A stretch of DNA of 64,000 bases from Acidimicrobiales bacterium. Its GTDB lineage: Bacteria; Actinomycetota; Acidimicrobiia; Acidimicrobiales; Bin134. Within the stretch, counting starts at the first letter, position 1; each line of letters opens with the position of its first letter. Position numbers and translations under genes: made by a program. A model generated the notes under the pieces. That model did not search any database, was not told the DNA's origin, and saw nothing but the letters and a program-made list of their open reading frames with translations. The stretch is from positions 3,744,878 through 3,808,877 of the forward strand of contig OZ242355.1 in the NCBI GenBank assembly GCA_965208805.1. Reading direction: 5' to 3'. Shown in pieces: positions 9,542 to 18,929 of this stretch.

Positions 9542-9607
9542 CCTCCTGCCCAAGTACCACACCACTAGGACGGCGATCACGCCTTTGGATCAGACAGACT
9601 CGTAGAT

Positions 9608-10789
9608 GTGGACCTAGCCCCCACACCGGAGCAGGAGGCGTTTCGACACGAATGCCGCCAGTGGCTTCAGGAGAACCTTCCCTGGGAATACGGCCAAGGT
9701 CTGCCGCCCCTGTTCGACGATCTAGCTGAAGAGGTCGCCTTCCTCCGCAAGTGGCAGGCCGCCCTGGCCGAAGCCCGCCTCGTCGGCGTGTCCTGGCCGG
9801 TCGAGTTCGGGGGTCGGGGCGCAGGCCCGCTCGATCACTACATCGTTCAGGAGGAGCTGGCCCGAGCCCGGGCCCCCGAGCTGGTGGGCCGCCTGGGCGT
9901 GAACCTGATCGGCCCCACCATCCTGGCCCACGGCACCGACGAGCAGAAACAGCGCTGGCTTCCCTCGATCCTCCCCGCCGAGCAGCTCTTCTGCCAGCTG
10001 TTCAGCGAGCCCGATGCCGGCAGCGACCTGGCCTCGCTGTCCACCCGGGCCACCCCCGCCGACGGCGGCTGGCGGCTCAGCGGCCAAAAGGTGTGGACCT
10101 CCTACGCCCAGTTCGCCGACTGGGGCCTGTGCCTGGCCCGATCCCACCCCGACGAGCCCAAACACCGCGGCATCACCGCCTTCATGGTCGACATGCACGC
10201 CCCCGGTGTCGACATCCATCCCCTGCGCCAGATGACCGACGAGTCCGACTTCAACGAGGTCTTTCTCAACGACGTGTTTGTGGCCCACGACCAGGTGATC
10301 GGCGAGCCCGGCAACGGCTGGCGGGTGTCGCAGTCCACCCTCAGCGTGGAGCGGGGCACCAACCCCCGCCAGCTCGTCATCCACCTTCAGCTCCTGGAGG
10401 AGCTGTTCCGCCTGGCCGCCGACACCGGCCGCAACCAAGACCCCGTGGTCCGCCAGGCCTTAGCCCGCTCCTATATCGAGGTCCGGCTGTTCCAGCTCCA
10501 GAACTGGCGGGTGCTGTCCCGGCTGGCCCACGGCCGCGACCACGGCCCGGAGTCGGCCACCGCCAAGCTCTTTTGGAGCGAGATGAGCCAGCGACTGCAC
10601 CGCACCGCCATGGATGTGCTGGGCGCCGCCGGCCCGCTGTGGCGGGGCGATCCCCACAACCCCGGGGAGGGACGCTGGCAGCGATCCTGGCTGTACTATC
10701 AAGCTGCGACGATCTTCGCCGGAACCAGCGAAATCCAGCGCAACATCATCGGGGAGCGCACCCTGGGTTTGCCCAGGGAACCTCGTTAG
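9608..10789 (+). CDS. Acyl-CoA dehydrogenase
   Basis: 393 aa with ACAD-type N, middle and C domains (SEPDAGSDLASL, GQKVWTSYA, FAGTSEIQRNIIGE). Confidence 0.9.
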   Translation: MDLAPTPEQEAFRHECRQWLQENLPWEYGQGLPPLFDDLAEEVAFLRKWQAALAEARLVGVSWPVEFGGRGAGPLDHYIVQEELARARAPELVGRLGVNLIGPTILAHGTDEQKQRWLPSILPAEQLFCQLFSEPDAGSDLASLSTRATPADGGWRLSGQKVWTSYAQFADWGLCLARSHPDEPKHRGITAFMVDMHAPGVDIHPLRQMTDESDFNEVFLNDVFVAHDQVIGEPGNGWRVSQSTLSVERGTNPRQLVIHLQLLEELFRLAADTGRNQDPVVRQALARSYIEVRLFQLQNWRVLSRLAHGRDHGPESATAKLFWSEMSQRLHRTAMDVLGAAGPLWRGDPHNPGEGRWQRSWLYYQAATIFAGTSEIQRNIIGERTLGLPREPR

Positions 10790-10797
10790 GAGTTCTC

Positions 10798-11631
10798 ATG
10801 AGCACCGATTTCGACACCATCGAATACAGGGTCGACGAGGCGGTGGCCACCATCACCTTGAATCGGCCTGATGTGGCCAATGCCCAGGACACCCAGCTGA
10901 TCGATGAGCTTGACGCCGCTTTCGACCTGGCCGAGGCCGACGACGAGGTGCGGGTGGTGGTGATGGCCGCCAACGGCCGCCACTTCTCCGCCGGCCACGA
11001 TCTCAAGGCCCTGGTGGGCGACGTGGAGCCCGACAAGTGGCGGCAGATGCGGACCACCCCGGAGGGCAAGTTCCACCACGAGAAAACCATGTATTTCGAC
11101 CGCTGCCTGCGCATTCGGGACTTCCCCAAGCCCACCATCGCCGCCGTGCACGGCAAGTGCATCGCCGCGGGCGTGATGCTGGCGGCCATGTGCGACCTGA
11201 TCGTGGCCTCCGACGACGCCTCCTTCCAGAACCCGGTGCTGCGCATGACCGGCGCCGCAGTGGAAATCCTCATCGAGCCCTGGGAGATGCCGCCCCGCAA
11301 GGCCAAGGAGTTCCTGCTCACCGCCCAGACCATCTCCGCAGCCGACGCCGAGCGCCTGGGCATGGTCAACCGGGTAGTGCCCCGCGACGAGTTGGCCGCC
11401 ACCACCAAGGAGATGGCCGAGGCCATCGCCCTAGTCCCCCCGGCCACCGCCGCCGTGGTGAAGCGGTCCATCAACAAGACCCTCGAGCTGATGGGCCAGA
11501 AAGACTCCTGGGACTACCACTTCATGGCCCACCACTGGATGCACAACACCGACACTGCCCTGGGCGCGCTGGAGCGGCGCATGCAGAAGTCGTCGATGAA
11601 GGAAGTCTTTGCCGAGCACCGCGATGAGTAA
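10798..11631 (+). CDS. Enoyl-CoA hydratase/isomerase (crotonase) family
   Basis: ATG at 10798 lies in frame in track ORF 9751..11631. ATITLNRPDVANAQD, NGRHFSAGHDLK and AAVHGKCIAAG are crotonase signatures. Confidence 0.9.
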   Translation: MSTDFDTIEYRVDEAVATITLNRPDVANAQDTQLIDELDAAFDLAEADDEVRVVVMAANGRHFSAGHDLKALVGDVEPDKWRQMRTTPEGKFHHEKTMYFDRCLRIRDFPKPTIAAVHGKCIAAGVMLAAMCDLIVASDDASFQNPVLRMTGAAVEILIEPWEMPPRKAKEFLLTAQTISAADAERLGMVNRVVPRDELAATTKEMAEAIALVPPATAAVVKRSINKTLELMGQKDSWDYHFMAHHWMHNTDTALGALERRMQKSSMKEVFAEHRDE

Positions 11632-12844
11632 GCCGCTTACCGGCACACTGGAGCTCGATGTCGAGCGGCTGCGGCGGGAGCGGTACGCCAAGCTCCAGGC
11701 CCAGATGGCCGCCGACGGGCTCGACGCCCTGGTGCTGCTCCACGGTCCCCATGTGGCCTACGCCACCGACTGCCTGCCCATAGCTGCCGACGCCACCCAC
11801 GTCTCGGCCAACCGCCCGGTGGCCGTGGTCCTGGCCGACCAATCCCAGCCCTGCCTGCTGGGCGGCGATCCCGACGGCCTCGACGTCGACGCACACCCGG
11901 CGGTGTGGCCCGACATCGACGAGGGTGCCGCCGACCTCGGCGTCCAGCTCGACGCCATTCTGGGCCGCATTGCCCAAGGTGGGCGTGTCGGCATGGACCT
12001 GATGACCGGGGCCATGCGCCGCACCAGCGTGCTGTCGGCCGCGCACATCACCGACGCGGCCAACACCATGGGCGCGGTCAAGCTCCACAAGACCATCGAC
12101 GAGCTGGCCTGCGTCCACCAAGCCCAAGCCCGCACCAACCGGGCCATGGCTACCGTCCAAGAGGCCCTCGTCCCCGGCGTGCGCCGCAGCGAGCTGGCCG
12201 CCGTGTTCCTCCGCCGCCTCCGGGAAGAGGGCATCGACGCCAACATGATCGACGTCATCTTCCAGCCCATGGCCCGGCGCATAGCCGACGGCCCCCGCAC
12301 CACCACCGGCCACCTCGCCTTCCCCACCTGGTCGGGCGACCCCGTCTACGCCGAGGGCGACCTCATCTGGGTGGACGCCGGCAGTGACTACCACGGCTAC
12401 GCCTCCGACTTCGGCCGCACCTGGGTGGTCGGCCGCCCGCCCACCCTCGCCGAGCAGCGCTGCTTCGAGCGGTGGCTGGCGGTGATGGACGCTTCCTACG
12501 AGGCCATCGTGCCCGGCACCACCTTCGCCGACGTGTGCGCCGCGGCCACTGCCGCCGACGCCGGCCACCAGCCCGACGGCGAGCGCCCCTGGATGCCCCA
12601 CTTCTACCTCGTTCACGGGGTGGGCATCGAGAGCGCCGAGATGCCCTTCTTGGGAACCGACAACGGCCCCGACTTCGACGCCGCCAACACCCTGGAGCCC
12701 GGCATGGTGCTGGTGCTGGAGCCCGCCATCTGGGACGACGGCACCGGCGGCTACCGGGCCGAGGAGATCGTGGCCGTCACCGAAGACGGCTGGATCCCCC
12801 TGGGGGGCGGCCACCCCTACGACCCCTTCGAGGTGCCGACGTGA
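11624..12844 (+). CDS. M24-family (Xaa-Pro peptidase/creatinase-like) protein
   Basis: ATG at 11624 overlaps the upstream stop; TTG at 11609 is an alternative start. Creatinase-like N domain (DGLDALVLLHGPHVAYATD) and a pita-bread fold C domain (DAGSDYHGYASDFGRT, HGVGIE, LEP). Confidence 0.8.
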   Translation: MSKPLTGTLELDVERLRRERYAKLQAQMAADGLDALVLLHGPHVAYATDCLPIAADATHVSANRPVAVVLADQSQPCLLGGDPDGLDVDAHPAVWPDIDEGAADLGVQLDAILGRIAQGGRVGMDLMTGAMRRTSVLSAAHITDAANTMGAVKLHKTIDELACVHQAQARTNRAMATVQEALVPGVRRSELAAVFLRRLREEGIDANMIDVIFQPMARRIADGPRTTTGHLAFPTWSGDPVYAEGDLIWVDAGSDYHGYASDFGRTWVVGRPPTLAEQRCFERWLAVMDASYEAIVPGTTFADVCAAATAADAGHQPDGERPWMPHFYLVHGVGIESAEMPFLGTDNGPDFDAANTLEPGMVLVLEPAIWDDGTGGYRAEEIVAVTEDGWIPLGGGHPYDPFEVPT

Positions 12845-12920
12845 CTCACCGCTCTTCGATCCTCATCGAGGTGCCGACGTGACTCATCCCCCCTCGATCA
12901 CCACCGAGGTGCCGACGTGA
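12829..12920 (+). repeat. 2.4 copies of a 38-bp tandem repeat at a gene junction
   Basis: CGAGGTGCCGACGTGA occurs at 12829-12844, 12867-12882 and 12905-12920. Each copy contains an overlapping GTGA start/stop. Confidence 0.9.
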
Positions 12921-13858
12921 GCCTGCACCTCCAACGCCGGACCCGAGCCGTCGACGCCCTGGCCGCCGCCGGCATCGACATGCTGGTGGCCGGACGCCAA
13001 GACCACATCAACTACATCACCGGCGCCCACCAGCTCTGGACCGCCGGCGCCCGCCCGTTCGGCCCGGTATGCACCCTCAATGTCGCCACCGGCGAGATCT
13101 TCCTGCTGTCCACCTGGGACGAAGGTGTCCCTGAAGACATCGATCTAGACCACCTGCACGGCATCACCTGGAACGGGGCCATCATCTACCAGCGCCTGGC
13201 TGCTAACCCTGGCATGGCCAAAGCCAAGACAGTGGGGGTCGACGCCTGGTCGCCGGGCATGGCCGGGCTGCTCGGCGCAGTGGCGCCCAACGCTGAGATC
13301 GTCCCCGCCGATGACATCTTGCTCAGGGCCCGCCGCACCAAGCTTCCCTCGGAGGTCGACGCCATCCGGGCCGCCTGCGCTGTGGCCGCCGAAGCCGCCG
13401 AAGCTGCCCTCGCCTACTCCGGCACCGATGCCCAGCGGCTGGCCGCCGGCGTGGAGGCCATGGCCCTGGCCGGATCATCCACCCCCGCCGCCGAGCCCCG
13501 AGTACACGGCCCCATCGTCGATTTCAGCTGCATCCGTTTCCACTACGAGGGCGGCCTGGGCCGCACTGCGGGCGGCGGACCCCCCGAGGCCCGCCCCCAC
13601 GCTGCCCTCATTGCCGCCTGCGTCCCCGGTGCCACCGGTCAAGACCTCCGCCAAGCCGCCCCCGACGCCGATTGGCTCATTCGAGGTAGCGGTATGGGTT
13701 TCGAACCCCCGGTGATCAACGCCCACTACGGCAAGAGCGAAGTCCTTGAAGAACACATGGTGCTCAGCGTGAGCGCGAGCACCGGCGAGGAATATGCTCG
13801 CGACACGGTTCTCGTCACCGAATCAACACCCGAAATCCTCTCCTCGGAGGAGCCATGA
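12917..13858 (+). CDS. M24/creatinase-fold family protein (divergent)
   Basis: 313 aa with a GTG start. The N-terminal AAGIDMLVAGRQDHINYITGA resembles a creatinase_N domain. The metal ligands are not obvious. Confidence 0.6.
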   Translation: MSLHLQRRTRAVDALAAAGIDMLVAGRQDHINYITGAHQLWTAGARPFGPVCTLNVATGEIFLLSTWDEGVPEDIDLDHLHGITWNGAIIYQRLAANPGMAKAKTVGVDAWSPGMAGLLGAVAPNAEIVPADDILLRARRTKLPSEVDAIRAACAVAAEAAEAALAYSGTDAQRLAAGVEAMALAGSSTPAAEPRVHGPIVDFSCIRFHYEGGLGRTAGGGPPEARPHAALIAACVPGATGQDLRQAAPDADWLIRGSGMGFEPPVINAHYGKSEVLEEHMVLSVSASTGEEYARDTVLVTESTPEILSSEEP

Positions 13859-15039
13859 ACCTCGACTACCACGCCTACGACGCCGACAACCACCTCTACG
13901 AGCCCATCGACGCCTTCACCCGCCACCTCCCCGAGCACTATCGAAGCGCCATCCGCTATGTAGACGTGGACGGCCGCACCAAGATCGCCATCAACAACAA
14001 GATCAGCGAGTACATCCCCAACCCCACCTTCGAGGTGGTGGCTGCCCCCGGCGCGTGGGAGGAGTACTACCGGGGCAACAACCCCAACGGCATGACCCTG
14101 CGGGAGTTCACCGGCAAGCCCATCCGCTGCCTGCCCGCCTTCCGCAATCCCGAAGACCGTGTCAAGCTGCTCGACGAGCAGGGGGTTTACGCCACCCTGC
14201 TGTTCCCCACGCTGGCCTCGCTGCTCGAAGAGCGGATGAAAGACGACATCAACCTGACGCACGCCGCAATCACCGCCTTCAACCGGTGGATGCTGGATGA
14301 GTGGACGTTCAACTACCACGACCGCATCTTCCCCACGCCGATCATCACCCTGCCCGACCCCCGCCGGGCCATCGAGGAACTGGAGTGGTGCGTGGACAAC
14401 GGCGCCCGAGCCGTGCTGATCCGCCCAGCCCCGGTGCCGGGGGTGAGGGGCTCCCGTTCCATGGGCCTGCCGGAGTTCGACGACTTCTGGAATGCGGTGG
14501 AACAGACCGGGATCTTGGTCACTTGCCACGCCTCCGACTCCGGCTACGACGCTTACGCCAGCGACTGGGAGGGCGGGCGCGACGAGTTCCTGCCCTTCAA
14601 GCCCGGCGCCTTCCGCACCGTCATCAGCCACGGGCGGCCCATCTTCGACACCATGGCCGCCATGATTTGCCACGGCCTTTTCGAGCGTCACCCCAGCTTG
14701 CGGGTGGCCTGCATCGAGAACGGCTCCACCTGGGTGGCCCCGCTGCTGCTCGAGCTGTCCCACGCCTACGGAAAGATGCCCCAGGAGTTCGCCGAAGACC
14801 CGGTGGAAACCTTCCGCCGCCACATCTCGGTGAGCCCGTTCTACGAGGAGGACATCCCCGGCCTCATAGATCACATCGGCATCGACCGGGTGCTGTTCGG
14901 CTCCGACTTCCCCCACCCCGAGGGGTTGGGCAAGCCGCTCGACTTCATCAAGGAAGTGGCCCACCGCAGTCCCGAAGACCAGAAGAAGGTCATGTCCGAG
15001 AATTTGAAGGAGCTGCTCACCTTGAGGCCAGCCGCATGA
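13855..15039 (+). CDS. Amidohydrolase-2 (ACMSD-like metal-dependent hydrolase) family protein
   Basis: 394 aa. Contains YDADNHLYEP, VLIRPAP, CHASDSGY and FGSDFPHPEG. The ATGA overlaps the upstream gene. Confidence 0.85.
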   Translation: MNLDYHAYDADNHLYEPIDAFTRHLPEHYRSAIRYVDVDGRTKIAINNKISEYIPNPTFEVVAAPGAWEEYYRGNNPNGMTLREFTGKPIRCLPAFRNPEDRVKLLDEQGVYATLLFPTLASLLEERMKDDINLTHAAITAFNRWMLDEWTFNYHDRIFPTPIITLPDPRRAIEELEWCVDNGARAVLIRPAPVPGVRGSRSMGLPEFDDFWNAVEQTGILVTCHASDSGYDAYASDWEGGRDEFLPFKPGAFRTVISHGRPIFDTMAAMICHGLFERHPSLRVACIENGSTWVAPLLLELSHAYGKMPQEFAEDPVETFRRHISVSPFYEEDIPGLIDHIGIDRVLFGSDFPHPEGLGKPLDFIKEVAHRSPEDQKKVMSENLKELLTLRPAA

Positions 15040-15080
15040 ACAACCTCAAAGAGCTCCTTACGCTTCGCCCTGCCGCATGA
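15001..15080 (+). repeat. Duplicated gene-end junction (two 39-bp copies, period 41 bp)
   Basis: 15001-15039 and 15042-15080 both encode NLKELLTLRPAA followed by ATGA. The copies differ almost only at synonymous positions. Confidence 0.85.
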
Positions 15081-16186
15081 GCGAACAACCAGAGCAAACC
15101 ACGGACTCCAGCGTCTTCTCGCGTTCCGACACCGACGAGGCCTCCGAGGCCGAGCGCACCAAAGGTCTGATCGAGCCGGTCGCGCTGGGGGAGTGGATGG
15201 ACGCCCAGGGCCTGCCCGGCCAGGGCGAGCCCATCACCAGCCGGTTCATTTCCGGCGGCGCATCAAACGAGATTTTCGAGATCTGCCGGGACGAGCACCG
15301 CTGGGCCCTGCGCCGCCCACCCCGCAAGGTTCCTGAAGGCCGCAACGAGACCATGATGCGGGAGTTCCGCATCCTCTCCGCCCTGGCCGACACCGACGTC
15401 CCCCACGCCCGGGCCGCCGGTGGTACCGACGACACCAGCATTATCGGAGCGGCCTTCTACCTCATGGACTTCGTCGACGGCTGGTCGCCCATCAGCGAGC
15501 CCGGATGGCCGGAGCCATTCGGGTCCGACATCAACGCCCGCCCCGGTTTGGCCTACGAGCTGGTCGATGCCATCGCCCGGCTGTCCAAGGTGGATTGGCA
15601 GGCCAATGGCCTTGAGGGCCTCGGCCGCCCCGACGGTTTCCACGAGCGCCAGGTCGACCGCTGGTATGCCCACCTCGAACGCTTCAAGTTCCGAGACATC
15701 CCCGGCCTCGACACTGCCGGTGACTGGCTCCGGGGCCGTACCCCTCGCAGCTATACCCCGGGCATCATGCACGGCGACTACCAGTTCGCCAATGTGATGT
15801 TCCACCACGGCGCCCCCGCCCGGATGGCCGCCATCGTCGACTGGGAGATGGGCACCGTGGGCGACCCGCTGCTGGATTTGGCCTGGGTGGTGATGAACTG
15901 GCCCGAAGACGAAGCCGGCCGCCCCACGGTGGGCTACGTCGACTACGAGGGCTTGCCTTTCCGCGACGACCTGCTGGAGCGCTACGCCACCATGTCGGGT
16001 CGCGACGTCGACGAGATCGACTACTACGTGATCCTGGCCCGCTTCAAGCTGGCCATCGTGCTGGAGGGCGGCTACGCGCGCTTCGTAGCCGGCGGCGCCG
16101 ACAATCCGAGAATGGAAGCCTTCGGCCGCGTCGTCTTAGACCTTGCCCGCGACGCCGCCGCCCTGGCTCAAACCACCACCCTCTAG
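15077..16186 (+). CDS. Phosphotransferase (APH/choline-kinase-like) family protein, the type often found next to acyl-CoA dehydrogenases
   Basis: 369 aa. Catalytic loop MHGDYQFANVMF and IVDWEMGTVGDP. Confidence 0.85.
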   Translation: MSEQPEQTTDSSVFSRSDTDEASEAERTKGLIEPVALGEWMDAQGLPGQGEPITSRFISGGASNEIFEICRDEHRWALRRPPRKVPEGRNETMMREFRILSALADTDVPHARAAGGTDDTSIIGAAFYLMDFVDGWSPISEPGWPEPFGSDINARPGLAYELVDAIARLSKVDWQANGLEGLGRPDGFHERQVDRWYAHLERFKFRDIPGLDTAGDWLRGRTPRSYTPGIMHGDYQFANVMFHHGAPARMAAIVDWEMGTVGDPLLDLAWVVMNWPEDEAGRPTVGYVDYEGLPFRDDLLERYATMSGRDVDEIDYYVILARFKLAIVLEGGYARFVAGGADNPRMEAFGRVVLDLARDAAALAQTTTL

Positions 16187-16204
16187 GGCCGCTCGACTAA
16201 CCGT

Positions 16205-17488
16205 TCAGGCGTCCCACACCACCGGGAGTGCCGCAGGGGCCCGAAAGGCCAGGCCGACGATGGGCGGCGCCTCGGCGTCAGGGTCGAGGCGCAGGCCGGG
16301 CAAGCGGTCGAGCAGGTGCTCCAGCACCACTCGCATCTCCATGCGGGCCAAATGGATGCCCAAACACAGATGCGGCCCGGTGGCGAAGGCCATGTGGCCC
16401 TTGGGCTGGCGGAAGATGTCGAACCGCTCGGGATCGTCCCACCGGGCCGGGTCGTGATTGGCCGAGCCCAAAGAGGTGTTCACCGCCGTCCCGGCTTGGA
16501 TCTCGATGCCGTCCACAACCGCATCGGCTGTCGCGGTGCGGGAGATCCCGGTTAGCGGCGCCTCCCACCGCAACGCCTCCTCCACCGCGGCGGTCACCAG
16601 CGACCGGTCGGCCCGCACCGCCTCCAACTGCGCCGGATCCGACAGCAACCCCACCATCATGTTGCTGGCCGCACGATAGGTGGTCTCCGCCCCCGCGGGC
16701 AGCAGAAGCCGGCAAAAGGCGATGATCTCGTCGTTGGTAAGCCGCTGTCCGTCCAGCTCGGCATGGGCCAAGATGCTGATCAGGTCCTCCTGCGGATCGG
16801 CCCGTCGGCCCTCAACCACCGGCTCCAAGTAGTCGTACAGCCATTGCGACGCCGCAAATCCCCGCTCGATCTGGGTGGCCATGTTGGTGATCTCCACCGC
16901 CCGCCGGTAGAAGGCGGGCAGGTCGGCCTCCGGCAGTCCCAGCGCAATGGCGATCACATGTACCGGGAACACGAACATCAGCTCGTGTACCAGATCGGCC
17001 CGGCCCCGGTCGATGAAGGCGTCGATGTAGTGGTTGAGCACTGGGTTCACGATGTCGTGCTCCCACCGCTCCATCTCCCGGCGGGTGAACGCCTGCTGGA
17101 TCAGCTTGCGGTATTGCCCGTGCTCGGGCTCGTCCATCTCCAAGATGGTGTGGCCCATCACCAAGCCCATCGATTCGGCGTACCCCGCCGACGAGAACGT
17201 GGCCCCGTCCCGCAGCACCGCCTCCACGCCGTCGTAAGACAGCACGTTCACGATCTGCCGCTCCCCGGCCATCAGGTCGCTCACGCTCACTGCCCCCAAC
17301 ATCTCCGACACGCTGCCCCGGTGAACCGGGCACTGGTCCAGCAGATCGGTGTACACCTCATAGGGGTTGATGGAGTGCTCGGCCCCCTGGGCTTGGTCGA
17401 AAGCGTCAAACGGGTCGTACTCTTCGTCGCCGGGTTCGGGGGCTCGGGCGGCGGCTAAAATTTCACCCGGTGTCATCTCGAACTTCAT
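16205..17488 (-). CDS. Cytochrome P450
   Basis: 427 aa. I-helix LLLPAGAETT, EALRWE (ExxR) and heme loop FATGPHLCLGIHLARME. Confidence 0.92.
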   Translation of the reverse strand: MKFEMTPGEILAAARAPEPGDEEYDPFDAFDQAQGAEHSINPYEVYTDLLDQCPVHRGSVSEMLGAVSVSDLMAGERQIVNVLSYDGVEAVLRDGATFSSAGYAESMGLVMGHTILEMDEPEHGQYRKLIQQAFTRREMERWEHDIVNPVLNHYIDAFIDRGRADLVHELMFVFPVHVIAIALGLPEADLPAFYRRAVEITNMATQIERGFAASQWLYDYLEPVVEGRRADPQEDLISILAHAELDGQRLTNDEIIAFCRLLLPAGAETTYRAASNMMVGLLSDPAQLEAVRADRSLVTAAVEEALRWEAPLTGISRTATADAVVDGIEIQAGTAVNTSLGSANHDPARWDDPERFDIFRQPKGHMAFATGPHLCLGIHLARMEMRVVLEHLLDRLPGLRLDPDAEAPPIVGLAFRAPAALPVVWDA

Positions 17489-17565
17489 GTCAAGCCGCTG
17501 CTATACCAAGTCTCGAACTTCATAGGCAGCCACTTTAAGTCCAACCCAGAGAGTGCGGTAGTCCC

Positions 17566-18873
17566 ATGGCCATTGATTTTTCTGTAGAGCCCGAATTCCA
17601 AGAGAAGCTCCACTGGATGGACACCTTCGTCACCACCGAGATCGAACCCATCGACCTCTACTTCCGGGGCGAAGTCAACCCCTTCGATCGCACCAACGAG
17701 ACGGCCAACGCCCTCATCCGCCCGCTCCAGAAGCAGGTGCAGGACAACGGCCTGTGGGCCTGCCACATGGGTCCTCACCTCGGCGGCCTCGGCTACGGCC
17801 AGGTGAAGCTGGCCCTGATGAACGAGATCCTGGGCCGGGCGCTGTGGGCCCAGGTGGTGTTCGGCTGCCAGGCGCCCGATTCCGGCAATGCCGAGATCAT
17901 CGCCCACTACGGCACCGACGAGCAGAAGGAGCTCTACCTCCAGCCCCTGCTCGACAACAAGATCTCCTCCACCTACGCCATGACCGAGCCCCAGGGCGGC
18001 TCCGATCCCAACTACTTCACCTGCCGGGCCCACCGCGACGGCGACGAGTGGGTGATCAACGGCGAGAAGTGGTTCGCCTCCAACTTCAAATACGCCAAGT
18101 TCATGATCGTCATGCTCATCACCAACCCCGACGTGTCGGTGTACCGGGGATCGTCGATGATGCTGGTGCCCACCGACACCCCCGGCATCGAGGTGGTGGC
18201 CAACGTGGGCCTCGGCACCGAAGACCTGGAAGACGGCGACCACGCCTATCTCCGGTTCAACGATGTGCGGGTGCCCGCTGAGAACCTGCTGGGCGACGAG
18301 GGGTCGGGCTTCAAGATCGCCCAAACCCGACTGGGCGGCGGCCGGGTCCACCACGGCATGCGGTCGGTGGGCGTGGCCCAGCGGGCCCTCGACATGATGT
18401 GCGAGCGGGTGCTGTCCCGGGAGACCAAGGGCTCGCTCATCGGTGAGAAGCAGTCGATCCAGCACTGGATCGCCGACTCTTGGATCCAGATCCAGCAGTT
18501 CCGCCTCCAGGTGCTCCACACCGCCTGGCTGATCGACAACGAGGGCGACTACGCCAAGGTCCGCCAGCACATCGCCGGCGTGAAGGTGGCCACCCCCAAA
18601 GTGCTGATCGATGTGGTGTACCGGGCCATGCACGCCCACGGCTCCCTCGGCGTGTCCAACCTCATGCCCCTCACCTCAATGTGGATGAGCGGCCCGGTAA
18701 TGGGCATCGCCGACGGCCCCACCGAGGTGCACAAAGACACCATCGCCAAGCAGATTCTCAAGAGCTACAAGCCCTCCGACGGCCTCTTCCCCTCCATGCA
18801 CCTCCCCACCCGAATAGCCAACGCCCGCCAATACATCGAATCCCGCATAGAACACGAAATCGCCAACCTCTAG
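17566..18873 (+). CDS. Acyl-CoA dehydrogenase
   Basis: 435 aa. Contains YAMTEPQGGSDP, GEKWFASN and IADGPTEVHKDTIAKQIL. Confidence 0.9.
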   Translation: MAIDFSVEPEFQEKLHWMDTFVTTEIEPIDLYFRGEVNPFDRTNETANALIRPLQKQVQDNGLWACHMGPHLGGLGYGQVKLALMNEILGRALWAQVVFGCQAPDSGNAEIIAHYGTDEQKELYLQPLLDNKISSTYAMTEPQGGSDPNYFTCRAHRDGDEWVINGEKWFASNFKYAKFMIVMLITNPDVSVYRGSSMMLVPTDTPGIEVVANVGLGTEDLEDGDHAYLRFNDVRVPAENLLGDEGSGFKIAQTRLGGGRVHHGMRSVGVAQRALDMMCERVLSRETKGSLIGEKQSIQHWIADSWIQIQQFRLQVLHTAWLIDNEGDYAKVRQHIAGVKVATPKVLIDVVYRAMHAHGSLGVSNLMPLTSMWMSGPVMGIADGPTEVHKDTIAKQILKSYKPSDGLFPSMHLPTRIANARQYIESRIEHEIANL

Positions 18874-18929
18874 GCCCAAAAAAAGGCGTTTCAATCTGAC
18901 ACGTACAGGGGATACACTGTCCATCTGAA

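Noticed and set aside
3727-9607. Integrase, transposase, IS ends or tRNA attachment sites flanking the AT-richer islands (3.7-9.6 kb, 40.4-45.9 kb, 51-64 kb).
   Set aside because: No ORF shows recombinase or transposase motifs (DDE, tyrosine or serine recombinase), and I could find no terminal inverted repeats by eye. The islands are therefore not called as mobile elements.
14301-15080. A 259-aa ORF in an alternative frame of the amidohydrolase, ending with MNNLKELLTLRPAA.
   Set aside because: Apart from its last 14 codons (discussed as a mini-ORF) it is an R/P/G-rich overlap of a well-supported gene. Only the terminal mini-ORF is meaningful.
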